From Longimicrobiales bacterium (GTDB taxonomy: Bacteria; Gemmatimonadota; Gemmatimonadetes; Longimicrobiales; Gaopeijiaceae): DNA of 64,000 nt. The DNA is taken from NCBI GenBank assembly GCA_965203485.1, contig OZ241892.1:1632001-1696000 (forward strand), read 5' to 3'. Below are positions 1-8,640 of this stretch, piece by piece (position 1 is the first letter of the stretch; each line of letters begins with the position of its first letter). The notes under the pieces are model-generated. The model saw only the letters and a list, made by a program, of their open reading frames with translations, did no database searches and was not told where the DNA came from. The translations under genes were made by a program, and so were the position numbers.

Positions 1-922
1 GCTCGAAGACGCGCACGAAGCGTTCGCCGATGACCCTTCGCTTGCGCTCGGGGTCGGCAATGCCCTCCAAGGCTCCGAGGAACTCCGCCGCCGCGTCGAC
101 GACGACCAAGCGGGAGCTCTCGAAGGCCCGCTCCACCAGCGCTCGCTCGCCCTTGCGCAGAAGCCCCGTGTCCACGAAGACGCACGTCAGCGCGTCTCCG
201 ACGGCCCGGCCGACCAACGCGGCCGCCACGGCCGAGTCGACGCCTCCGGAGAGTCCCGCCACGACGGCCGCGTCGCCCACCGCCGCCCGGATCCGCTCGA
301 CCGCCTCGGCCGCGAACGCTCCCGGCGTCCAATCTCCCGCGCATCCGCAAATGCGGAAAAGGAAGTTGCGGACGATCTCGGCGCCCCGGGGCGTGTGGGC
401 GACTTCGGGATGGAACTGCACGCCGTAGACGGGCCTGCCGGCACGCCGGAAGCCGGCGACGGGAAGGTCGGGCGTGGACGCGAGAACTTCGAAGCCGGGC
501 GGCGGCTCGTCCACGTGATCGCCGTGGGAGCACCAGACTTCCGTCGTCTCGCCGCGCGCGAAGCCGTGGAAGAGGTCGCCGGGCTCGTGGACGCGAAGCG
601 AGGCACGCCCGTATTCGCGCTTGCCGGCGCGAACCGCCCCGCCGGCGTCCAGCGCGAGAAGCTGCATCCCGTAGCAGATTCCCAAGACGGGAACGCCCAA
701 CGACAGCAACCGAGGATCCAGGGCCGGGGCTCCGTCGCCGTACGCCGACGCCGGACCACCCGACAGGACCACGCCCTTCGGCGCGGCGTCCAGGGGCACG
801 GCGTCCAACGCTTCCGGCGGCCGTATCTCGCAGAACACGTTGGCTTCGCGAATCCGCCGGGCAATGAGCTGAGTGAACTGGGAGCCGTAGTCGACGACGA
901 GGACGCGCTCGTGCACGGTCAT
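1..922 (-). CDS. guaA: GMP synthase (glutamine-hydrolysing), 3' part runs off the window
   Basis: Manual translation from ATG at 922: MTVHERVLVVDYGSQFTQLIARRIRE...LGICYGMQL...VQFHPEV...LSGGVDSAV; GATase plus ATP-PPase motifs. Confidence 0.95.
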   Translation of the reverse strand, partial: MTVHERVLVVDYGSQFTQLIARRIREANVFCEIRPPEALDAVPLDAAPKGVVLSGGPASAYGDGAPALDPRLLSLGVPVLGICYGMQLLALDAGGAVRAGKREYGRASLRVHEPGDLFHGFARGETTEVWCSHGDHVDEPPPGFEVLASTPDLPVAGFRRAGRPVYGVQFHPEVAHTPRGAEIVRNFLFRICGCAGDWTPGAFAAEAVERIRAAVGDAAVVAGLSGGVDSAVAAALVGRAVGDALTCVFVDTGLLRKGERALVERAFESSRLVVVDAAAEFLGALEGIADPERKRRVIGERFVRVFE

Positions 923-1062
923 CTCCGGGGTGGCGCAAGCGGGCTCGCCCATCGGCGAAGGAGGCGTTGCGGACGGTGGAGCGCGGAGCGGCGAACGACC
1001 GCCCGTGGACGCCCAAACTTATGCCGCGCGGCGCCGACGGCGCGCAAGGCGCCGACGGATGT

Positions 1063-2415
1063 TCAGGGCCTCGGAGCCGCCGTCGGCCGCCGGGCCGGCT
1101 CCTCCGCGCGTCGGGTGGTCTCTACCGGACCGGGAATGCCTCCGCGCCCAGTTGGGCGCCACGCCGTCTCGCCCCGGACCAAGTCCTCGTAGGCCTCTCG
1201 CGTCCGAACCAGCCGGGGCACGCCTTCGTGCACCATGACTTCGGCGGGCCGCGGACGGGAATTGTAGTTGGACGCCATGGAGAAGCCGTACGCGCCGGCG
1301 GCCCGCAAGCACAGGAGAGCGCCCGGACGCGGCAACGGCAGGCACCGGCGCCGGGCCAGGAAGTCGCCGCTTTCGCAGACGGGGCCGACGACGTCCACGC
1401 GGCTGGGCGCTCCCTGCCCTGCCGGGTCCACGAGCTCGAGGGGGTGGGCGGCGCCGTAGTAGCTGGGCCGCACGAAGTCGGTCATGCCCGCGTCCACGAC
1501 CACGAACGTCTTGCCGCCGGACCGCTTGACGTGCAGGACGCGCGTCAAGAGCACGCCCGCGCCGGCGACGAGCGAACGCCCCGGCTCGACCACCAGCGAC
1601 AGTCCGCTGCCGGCGATCAGGCTCGATGCCGCGCCGCCGAGTTCGTCCAGGTCCAGCTCGGCGCCGTCCCCGTCCGCGACCGCAAATCCGCCTCCCAGGT
1701 CCGCGTAGCGAAGCTGGGCGTCGCCATCCCGGCGGCACCGCTCGGCCACGGCAAGCGTCGTCTTCAAGGCGTCCAGGAAGGGACGGATCTCCCGCACTTG
1801 GGAGCCGATGTGGACGCAGACGCCCACCGGATCGAGAAAGGCGTCGTTGCGCGCGGCGCGGTACAGCTCGGCGGCTTCCGCAGGAGGAACGCCGAACTTC
1901 GCGGCGGCGTGGCCGGTCTGCGTGTACTCGTGAGTGGGACTGCGCACGCCTGGGTTGACGCGCGCGGCGAAGCGGGCCGGCCTTCCGGCGCGGCGGGCGA
2001 CGGACGCAAGCAACGCCATCTCCGCCGCGCTCTCGACGTGGAACGACAGGATGTCCGCCTCGAGGGCGCGTTCCATTTCGCGGGCCGTCTTGCCCACGCC
2101 CGCGAAGACGATGCGCTCCGCCGCCATTCCGGCCCGAAGGCAACGATACAGCTCGCCGCCGCTCACCACGTCGGCGCCCGCCCCGTGGCGTGCCAGCAAG
2201 TCGAGCACCGCCAACGACGAGTTGGCCTTGGCGGAGTACGCGACCAGGGGATTCTGCGGCGCGAACGCGCGGCGCATCGCCTCGAGGCGTCCTACGATCT
2301 CGCCGCCGCCGTACACGTAGAGCGGCGTGCCGTGCTCGTCCGCGAGCGCGGCAAGCGAACAGGGGCCGCAGTGGAGGACGCCCCCGCGCCGCGCGAAGGA
2401 GCCGCCGTCCTTCAA
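1063..2415 (-). CDS. lysA: Diaminopimelate decarboxylase
   Basis: GTPLYVY, YSAKANS (PLP Lys), HIGSQ, EPGRS, GPVCESGD, GAYGFSMASNYNSR; TTG start at 2415 overlaps proS stop. Confidence 0.93.
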   Translation of the reverse strand: MKDGGSFARRGGVLHCGPCSLAALADEHGTPLYVYGGGEIVGRLEAMRRAFAPQNPLVAYSAKANSSLAVLDLLARHGAGADVVSGGELYRCLRAGMAAERIVFAGVGKTAREMERALEADILSFHVESAAEMALLASVARRAGRPARFAARVNPGVRSPTHEYTQTGHAAAKFGVPPAEAAELYRAARNDAFLDPVGVCVHIGSQVREIRPFLDALKTTLAVAERCRRDGDAQLRYADLGGGFAVADGDGAELDLDELGGAASSLIAGSGLSLVVEPGRSLVAGAGVLLTRVLHVKRSGGKTFVVVDAGMTDFVRPSYYGAAHPLELVDPAGQGAPSRVDVVGPVCESGDFLARRRCLPLPRPGALLCLRAAGAYGFSMASNYNSRPRPAEVMVHEGVPRLVRTREAYEDLVRGETAWRPTGRGGIPGPVETTRRAEEPARRPTAAPRP

Positions 2416-3878
2416 TAGGCGCGCGCCCAGACGACTTCCATGCGCGCCTTCCCGCCGCCAGCGCACTTCTCCGGCGCCCTGGGCGAGCGGAACTCCTCGT
2501 CCGGAACGACCCGGATCGTGGCCTTCGCCTCCTCCTTGGCCCGCTTCTCGACCTCGGGATCGCCGCTCCAGCCCGAGTACACGAAGCCGGCGCCCTCGTC
2601 CAGCAGCCCCGCAAGCTCCGCGACCGACGCCACCTCCTGCCGCACCGTGAGCGCTTCGCGACGGGCCAAGGCTTCTCGCCGCAACTGGTTCTGGAGAGCG
2701 GCCAGCCGCGCCGCCATGCCGCCAACCGCGGCCGCTTCGGGCAACGTCTCCTTGCGGGGCGTCCCGTCGACGGCCACGCGAGAGACGACGACCACTTCGC
2801 CCCGCGCCATGTCGCGGGGACCGACTTCCAGCCGTACCGGCGCACCCTTTCGCTCCCAGTCGAAGAAGCGGGCGCCGAGCGACATGTCGAGCCGCTTGTC
2901 CAGCCGGACGCGCACGCCTTCGCCCTGCAGAGCGGACACCAGCTCCGCGCCCTTGGCCAGCACGCCCGCGGCCTCGCCGCCGGCGGCGATCGGCAGCGCC
3001 ACGACCTGCGAGGGCGCCAGCTGCGGCGGGACGACGACGCCCGCGTCGTCGCCATGGGTCATCACGAGCCCGCCCACCAAGCGGGTGGACGCGCCCCACG
3101 AGGTGTTCCACGCGAATTCCTCCTTGCCGTCCCGGTTCTGGAAGGTCAGGCCGAACTGCTTGGCGAAATTCTGCCCCAGCATGTGCGACGTGGCGGCCTG
3201 GAGCGCCTTTCCGTCCTGCATGAGGGCCTCGCACGCGTAGCTGCGCACCGAGCCGGCGAACCTCTCGGCGTCCGTCTTCGTGCCCGTCACGGGGGGCATG
3301 GCCATCCAGTCCTCCATGAAGCGGCGGTAGCAACCCAAGATGGTGCGCGCCTCGGCGTCGGCCTCGTCTTCGCAGGCGTGCGCGGTGTGGCCCTCCTGCC
3401 AGAGGAACTCGGCGGTGCGGAGAAAGAGCCGCGTGCGCAACTCCCACCGCATGACGTTGCACCACTGGTTCAGCAGCAGCGGCAGGTCGCGGTAGCTCTG
3501 CACCCACTTGGCGTACATCGAGTAGATGATGGTCTCCGACGTGGGGCGGACGACGTACGGCTCGTCGAGCTCCTTGCCGCCGGCGTGCGTGACCACGGCG
3601 AGTTCGGGCTTGAAGCCCTCCACGTGCTCCTTCTCGCGCTCGATGAAGCTCATGGGAATGAGCAGGGGGAAGTAGGCGTTCTCGTGTCCCGTGGCCTTGA
3701 ACATGTCGTCGAGAGCGCGTTGCATGCGCTCCCATATCCCGTAGCCCCACGGACGGACGACCATGCTTCCCCGGACCGGGGAGTAGTCCGCGAGCTCGGC
3801 GCGCTGCACCACTTCGTTGTACCAAGCGCTGAAGTCCTCGCTCCTCGGCGTGAACCCCTTGCCCTTTCGCTTCGCCAT
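2412..3878 (-). CDS. proS: Proline--tRNA ligase (archaeal/eukaryote-like type)
   Basis: DFSAWYNEVV, RPTSETIIY, FLRTAEFLWQEGHT, SWGASTRLVG, C-terminal ARAY. Confidence 0.95.
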   Translation of the reverse strand: MAKRKGKGFTPRSEDFSAWYNEVVQRAELADYSPVRGSMVVRPWGYGIWERMQRALDDMFKATGHENAYFPLLIPMSFIEREKEHVEGFKPELAVVTHAGGKELDEPYVVRPTSETIIYSMYAKWVQSYRDLPLLLNQWCNVMRWELRTRLFLRTAEFLWQEGHTAHACEDEADAEARTILGCYRRFMEDWMAMPPVTGTKTDAERFAGSVRSYACEALMQDGKALQAATSHMLGQNFAKQFGLTFQNRDGKEEFAWNTSWGASTRLVGGLVMTHGDDAGVVVPPQLAPSQVVALPIAAGGEAAGVLAKGAELVSALQGEGVRVRLDKRLDMSLGARFFDWERKGAPVRLEVGPRDMARGEVVVVSRVAVDGTPRKETLPEAAAVGGMAARLAALQNQLRREALARREALTVRQEVASVAELAGLLDEGAGFVYSGWSGDPEVEKRAKEEAKATIRVVPDEEFRSPRAPEKCAGGGKARMEVVWARAY

Positions 3879-5176
3879 CAGCTGTCTCCCTGTGCGTAGA
3901 GCGATTCCAGGGGCACGGTCTCTTGCGCGCCCGTCCCCAAGTGGCGGACGGTGGCCGAGTCCGAAGCGGCCTCGCGGGGGCCCACGACCACGGCGTGCCG
4001 GGCTCCCGACCGGGCCGCCGCGGCCAGCTGCTTGCGAAGGCTGCTCGACCGCAAGGCGCACGAGACCGAGCGTCCCGCGTCCCGCAGGCGCCGGCAAGCC
4101 TCAAGCGCGAGAAGCCGCTGCTCGTCCCCGACCCACGTCACGAAGTAGTCGAGTGGCGGCGCGCCGCCGGGAGCCAAGCCGCGGGCCGCGAGCAGTTCGC
4201 CCAGCACGACGTCGCCCATGCCGAATCCGGCGGCGGGCAGCGGCTCGCCCCCGAAGCGGCCCAGCAACCCGTCGTAGCGGCCGCCGCCGCAGACGGCGCG
4301 CAGCTCGCCCGCCCGGTCGAATATCTCGAAGACGATGCCGGTGTAGTAGGCCAGTCCGCGCACGATGGCAAAGTCGAACCGGGTGAAGTCGCCCGCGCCC
4401 AGCGCACCCAGGATTTCGGCATGCTCCTCGAGCGGCTCGGCCGCGGCGCGGACGGCCGGGGCGTCGCCGAAGCGGCGGGCAAGACCGGATGCGGACGCCG
4501 GGCGACCACCGGTCCCGGACGCCAGCCCGAGCAGTTCCTCCGCGGCGGCGGGCGGCGCGCCGGCCTCCTCGAGACGGCGGCGGGCGGCTTCGCGCGGCGT
4601 TCGCCCCGCCTTGTCGATCGCGGCCAAGCAGGCGTCCTCGCTTCCGGGCGGCACGCCCAGCGCGCCCAGCACGGCGGCGACCAGGCGGCGGTCGTTCACG
4701 CGGGCCACGAAGTCGTCCGGGCCCAGCCCGAGCGCGCGCACCGCGTCCACCGCCACCGCCAGGACTTCGGCGTCGGCCGCGACGCCCGCTTCGCCGACGA
4801 TGTCGACGTTGAGCTGGAAGTGCTCGCGCAACCTGCCCCGCTGGCTGCGCTCGTAGCGGAACAGCTGAGGAATCGAGAACCAGCGGATCGGCTTGGCCAT
4901 GGCCCGGCTGCGCGACCCGAGCATGCGCGCCAGCGTGGGCGTCATCTCGGGCCGGAGCGCGACGTGGCGGTCGCCTTGGTCGCGAAAGGCATAGAGCTGG
5001 CCGGCGATCTCGGGACCGCTCTTCTCGGCGTAGAGGGCGAACGGCTCGAGCGGCGGTCCGTCGTACTCCGAAAAGCCCCAAGCGCGCGCGACCTCGCGCC
5101 ACCGCGCGAACACGTAGTTGCGGACGGCCATCGCGTCGGGGCCGAACTCGCGAAAGCCCGGCAGCTTGGCGGTCAC
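3878..5176 (-). CDS. hisS: Histidine--tRNA ligase
   Basis: LRPEMTP, FRYERSQRGRLREHFQ, IVRGLAYYTG, GGGRYDGL. Confidence 0.95.
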   Translation of the reverse strand: MTAKLPGFREFGPDAMAVRNYVFARWREVARAWGFSEYDGPPLEPFALYAEKSGPEIAGQLYAFRDQGDRHVALRPEMTPTLARMLGSRSRAMAKPIRWFSIPQLFRYERSQRGRLREHFQLNVDIVGEAGVAADAEVLAVAVDAVRALGLGPDDFVARVNDRRLVAAVLGALGVPPGSEDACLAAIDKAGRTPREAARRRLEEAGAPPAAAEELLGLASGTGGRPASASGLARRFGDAPAVRAAAEPLEEHAEILGALGAGDFTRFDFAIVRGLAYYTGIVFEIFDRAGELRAVCGGGRYDGLLGRFGGEPLPAAGFGMGDVVLGELLAARGLAPGGAPPLDYFVTWVGDEQRLLALEACRRLRDAGRSVSCALRSSSLRKQLAAAARSGARHAVVVGPREAASDSATVRHLGTGAQETVPLESLYAQGDS

Positions 5177-5192
5177 GACGGCGGCGCCAATG

Positions 5193-6527
5193 CTACTTGG
5201 AAGGGACCGGGGTCTGCCCCAGGACCGAGAGCACGTCGCCCACCGTGTGGCACGAGCCGGTCACCACGACCGTGCCGCCGTCCTCGGCCAGGTCCCGGGC
5301 CCGCTTGGCGGCGACGGCAACCTGCTCCACGATCTCGATTGGGGCGCCCGTGCCCGCGCCCTCGGCCACCACGCGCGGGTTCCAGACGCGCTCCCGGGGC
5401 GCCGAAAGCGGGACCGTGAAGACGGCGTGGTCGGCCCGCTCGAGCAACGGGGGCAACATCCGCGCCCAGTCCTTGTCGCCCAAGACGCCCAGGAGGACCA
5501 CGAGCGGCCGCTCCAGGCCCAGGTCGTCCAGAGCCCGCGTCAGCGCGTGGACGCCCGCGACGTTGTGGGCGACGTCGAAGAGGTAGCGGACGCCTTCGAC
5601 GTCGCGCACGTCGCTTCGGCCCGGCCACTCCACCTCGGCCACGCCCCGCAACACGGCCTCTCGAGAAGGAGGCGGCGACAGGAGCTCCAGGGCCCGGAGC
5701 GCCACGGCGGTGTTGGCGGCTTGGTGCGCCCCGGCCAAGGGCGTCCCCACCTCGATCTCGCCCCACTCGGCGGAGACGTAGCGGAAGCGGCTGCCTCCCG
5801 CCGCCACGCGAAGGTCGATCACGTCGCGCTCCGGGTCGACGCGGTGGAGAGGAGCCCCTACCCTGTCGGCACGCGCCTCGATCTCGTCCATCACCTCGGC
5901 GGCGCTCTCGACGGTCACGGCCGGAATCCCGGGCTTGACGATGCCGGCCTTCTCGCGAGCGATTGCGGCCAGCGTTCGTCCGAGGTGCTCCTGGTGGTCC
6001 ATCGCAACGTTGGTGATCGCGACCACGTCGGGCGAGACGACGTTGGTAGCGTCGAGCCTGCCCCCGAGTCCGACCTCGATGCAGGCCACGTCCACGTCCT
6101 CCTCGGCGAAGATCGAGAATGCGAGCAACGTCCACGACTCGAAGAAGGACATCTTGAGGCGGGCGGCGAGCGGGGCGACCAGCGCGTTCGCGGTGCGCGC
6201 GAGCCGAGCCGACGACAACGGGCGGCCGTCGACCAGAATGCGCTCGCGGAACGAGCACAGATGGGGCGACGTGTAGAGCCCGACGCGCGCGCCGTCCTTT
6301 GCCAGCACCGAGGCCCAGGTCGAGGCCACGGACCCCTTGCCGTTCGTGCCGCCGACGTGCAGGGTGCGGTACTTGCGGTGCGGCGAAGCGAGGGAGGCCA
6401 GCGCGGTGGTCATGCGTTCGAGCCCCCAGTCGATCCGCATCTCCACGCCGGGGAACAGCGCCTCGCCCAGCCGGTCCGACCGGGGCACGCGCCCGTGGCG
6501 TTGCCCGTACGAGACGCGTTGCGTCAT
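5193..6527 (-). CDS. folC: Folylpolyglutamate synthase/dihydrofolate synthase
   Basis: HVGGTNGKGS, YTSPHL, EVGLGGRLDATN, AREKAGI, DVAHN; ATG overlaps accD stop (ATGA). Confidence 0.93.
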   Translation of the reverse strand: MTQRVSYGQRHGRVPRSDRLGEALFPGVEMRIDWGLERMTTALASLASPHRKYRTLHVGGTNGKGSVASTWASVLAKDGARVGLYTSPHLCSFRERILVDGRPLSSARLARTANALVAPLAARLKMSFFESWTLLAFSIFAEEDVDVACIEVGLGGRLDATNVVSPDVVAITNVAMDHQEHLGRTLAAIAREKAGIVKPGIPAVTVESAAEVMDEIEARADRVGAPLHRVDPERDVIDLRVAAGGSRFRYVSAEWGEIEVGTPLAGAHQAANTAVALRALELLSPPPSREAVLRGVAEVEWPGRSDVRDVEGVRYLFDVAHNVAGVHALTRALDDLGLERPLVVLLGVLGDKDWARMLPPLLERADHAVFTVPLSAPRERVWNPRVVAEGAGTGAPIEIVEQVAVAAKRARDLAEDGGTVVVTGSCHTVGDVLSVLGQTPVPSK

Positions 6528-7381
6528 GCGCGCGGCTTCCAGCCCGCCCAGGCGTGGCGGAGCAGCTGGCCCACGGCGGACTTGAGTTCGCGGCGGTCCA
6601 CGACGCGGTCCACCATGCCGTGCGCTTCCAGGAACTCGGCGCTCTGAAAGTCCGGGGGAAGCTCCTGCTTGATCGTCTCCTCGATGACGCGCGGCCCCGC
6701 GAAGCCGATCAGCGCGCCGGGCTCGGCCAGGTTGAAGTCGCCGAGCATCGCGTACGAAGCGGTGACGCCGCCCGTCGTGGGGTGCGTGAGGATCGAGACG
6801 TACGGAAGTCCTCGTTCGTGCAGCCGCGCCAGCACGGACGAGGTCTTCGCCATCTGCATCAGCGAGAAGACGCCCTCCATCATCCTCGCCCCGCCCGAGG
6901 CGCTCACGACGACCAACGGCGTCTCGCGCTCGATGGCGCACCGGCCGGCCCTGGCGATCTTCTCGCCAACGACCGAGCCCATCGATCCCCCTATGAACGC
7001 GAAGTCCATGACGGCCAGCGACGCCGGGATGCCCTCGATGCGGCAACGGCCCGCCACGACGGCTTCGTTGCGGCCCGTCTTGCGGCGGGCCGCCTCAAGC
7101 CGGTCGGGATAGGACTTGAGATCGCGGAAGCCCAGCGGGTCGCCGCTCTTCATGCCCTCGTCGGCCTCCTCGAACGAGCCCGGATCGGCCAGCAGCTCAA
7201 CGTAGCGGCCGGCCTCTATTCGCAGGTGGTTCCCGCACTCGGGGCAGACGCCCAAGTTGCGCGCGAGGCGCTCGCGATAGAGGATCTCGCCGCAACCGGC
7301 GCACTTCTCGAACACGTCGCGCGGCAAGTCGCGGCGTTCCCGAGCCGTGAGGGGCTTCTTCTGCTGTCTGAACCAAGCCAA
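6524..7381 (-). CDS. accD: Acetyl-CoA carboxylase carboxyltransferase beta subunit
   Basis: CxxC...CxxC zinc finger, GGSMGSVVGEK, SGGARMMEG, PTTGGVTASYA, GFAGPRVIE; TTG start inferred. Confidence 0.94.
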   Translation of the reverse strand: MAWFRQQKKPLTARERRDLPRDVFEKCAGCGEILYRERLARNLGVCPECGNHLRIEAGRYVELLADPGSFEEADEGMKSGDPLGFRDLKSYPDRLEAARRKTGRNEAVVAGRCRIEGIPASLAVMDFAFIGGSMGSVVGEKIARAGRCAIERETPLVVVSASGGARMMEGVFSLMQMAKTSSVLARLHERGLPYVSILTHPTTGGVTASYAMLGDFNLAEPGALIGFAGPRVIEETIKQELPPDFQSAEFLEAHGMVDRVVDRRELKSAVGQLLRHAWAGWKPRA

Positions 7382-7404
7382 CGGTGAGCCCCTTTCGGCG
7401 TCCT

Positions 7405-8640
7405 TCAGGCGTCTTCGCTCGCGAGCCTGACGACCACCGCAGCGGCCAGCCAGGACATCAGGAGGAAGGAGCCGCCGTAGCTGATGAACGGCAACGGGAT
7501 GCCCGTGATGGGCATGATGCCGACGGTCATGCCGACATTGACGAAGACATGCGTCAGCCAAAGCCCTAACGTACCCACGACGAAGAGCGTTGCAAAGTCG
7601 CTTCGCGCTTCCTCGGCCATGCGCAGCATCGTCCAGAACACGTAGCCGAAGGCCGCGATCATCAGCGACGTGCCGAGGAAGCCGAACTCTTCGCCGATCA
7701 CGCTGAAAACGAAGTCGGTGTGCTGCTCGGGCAGGAAGTTCAGGCGCTTCTGCGTACCTTCGGTGAAGCCCTTGCCGAACCATCCCCCGCTGCCGACTGC
7801 CACCTTGGACTGAATGATCTGCCAGCCCGCCGCCAGCGGGTCCTGAAGAGGATCGAAGAAGACGCGTATGCGGTTCTTCTGGTACTCGGCCAGGGAGTTC
7901 CACAACGGTTGCGCGACCGCGCCCGCCGCGAAGTTGGACAGCAGCACGGCAACCGACTCGAACAGGTAGAGACGGAAGCGGTACACGTAGATCAGCACGG
8001 CCAGGAGAACGAAGTAGGCCGACCACGCCCACAGGCTGAAGGCCAGCGCAAGGCCGATCCCCGGCGAAGCGACGAAGAACAGCAGGTGCCCAGGCGTGCC
8101 GGCCCAGAACAGGACGGCAAAGAAGACGCCGACGAACGCCAGGGCCGTTCCCAGGTCCGGCTGGAGCAGCACAGCGACCAGCGGGAGCCCGACGAGCGCG
8201 ACGGGCGCACCCAGCTCCCGCAGGTGCCGCGGCGGATCCTCGCGGGCGCCCAGATGCTTCGCCAGAAGGAGAACGGTGGCCACCTTGGCGGCCTCGGCCG
8301 GCTGGAAGCGGAGTCCCCCCACCGACAGAAAGCTCTTCACGCCCTCGGCCGTGCCCGGCCCGGTGCCGACGACGAGCGTCAGCAGCAGCGCCGCCGTCCA
8401 GAAGACGTAGGCGGGAGCGGCCGCCCATTCGTACCATCGCCCGGGAACGCGCGCGACCAGCGCGAAAAGAACCACGGCCACGCCGAGAATCGCGGCTTGG
8501 CGCATCCAGAGGTCCGCGGTCGAGGGCATCGGAGCATCTATCACGCCCGCCGAGTAGACGATCGCCACGCCGAAGATCGACAGCAGCGCCAGCGTCGCCG
8601 CGAAGGCGAAGCGCGCCCCCCCGCGGCCCCACCGGTCCAT
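7405..8640 (-). CDS. rodA: Rod shape-determining SEDS glycosyltransferase RodA
   Basis: FQPAEAAK, QPDLGT, LPEQHTDFVFSVIGEEFG, PITGIPLPFISYGGS; follows PBP2. Confidence 0.93.
   Translation of the reverse strand: MDRWGRGGARFAFAATLALLSIFGVAIVYSAGVIDAPMPSTADLWMRQAAILGVAVVLFALVARVPGRWYEWAAAPAYVFWTAALLLTLVVGTGPGTAEGVKSFLSVGGLRFQPAEAAKVATVLLLAKHLGAREDPPRHLRELGAPVALVGLPLVAVLLQPDLGTALAFVGVFFAVLFWAGTPGHLLFFVASPGIGLALAFSLWAWSAYFVLLAVLIYVYRFRLYLFESVAVLLSNFAAGAVAQPLWNSLAEYQKNRIRVFFDPLQDPLAAGWQIIQSKVAVGSGGWFGKGFTEGTQKRLNFLPEQHTDFVFSVIGEEFGFLGTSLMIAAFGYVFWTMLRMAEEARSDFATLFVVGTLGLWLTHVFVNVGMTVGIMPITGIPLPFISYGGSFLLMSWLAAAVVVRLASEDA

Noticed and set aside
1063..4104. 1013-aa ORF suggesting a large LysA fusion
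   Set aside because: The upstream part is an off-frame reading of proS; LysA homology begins at 2415
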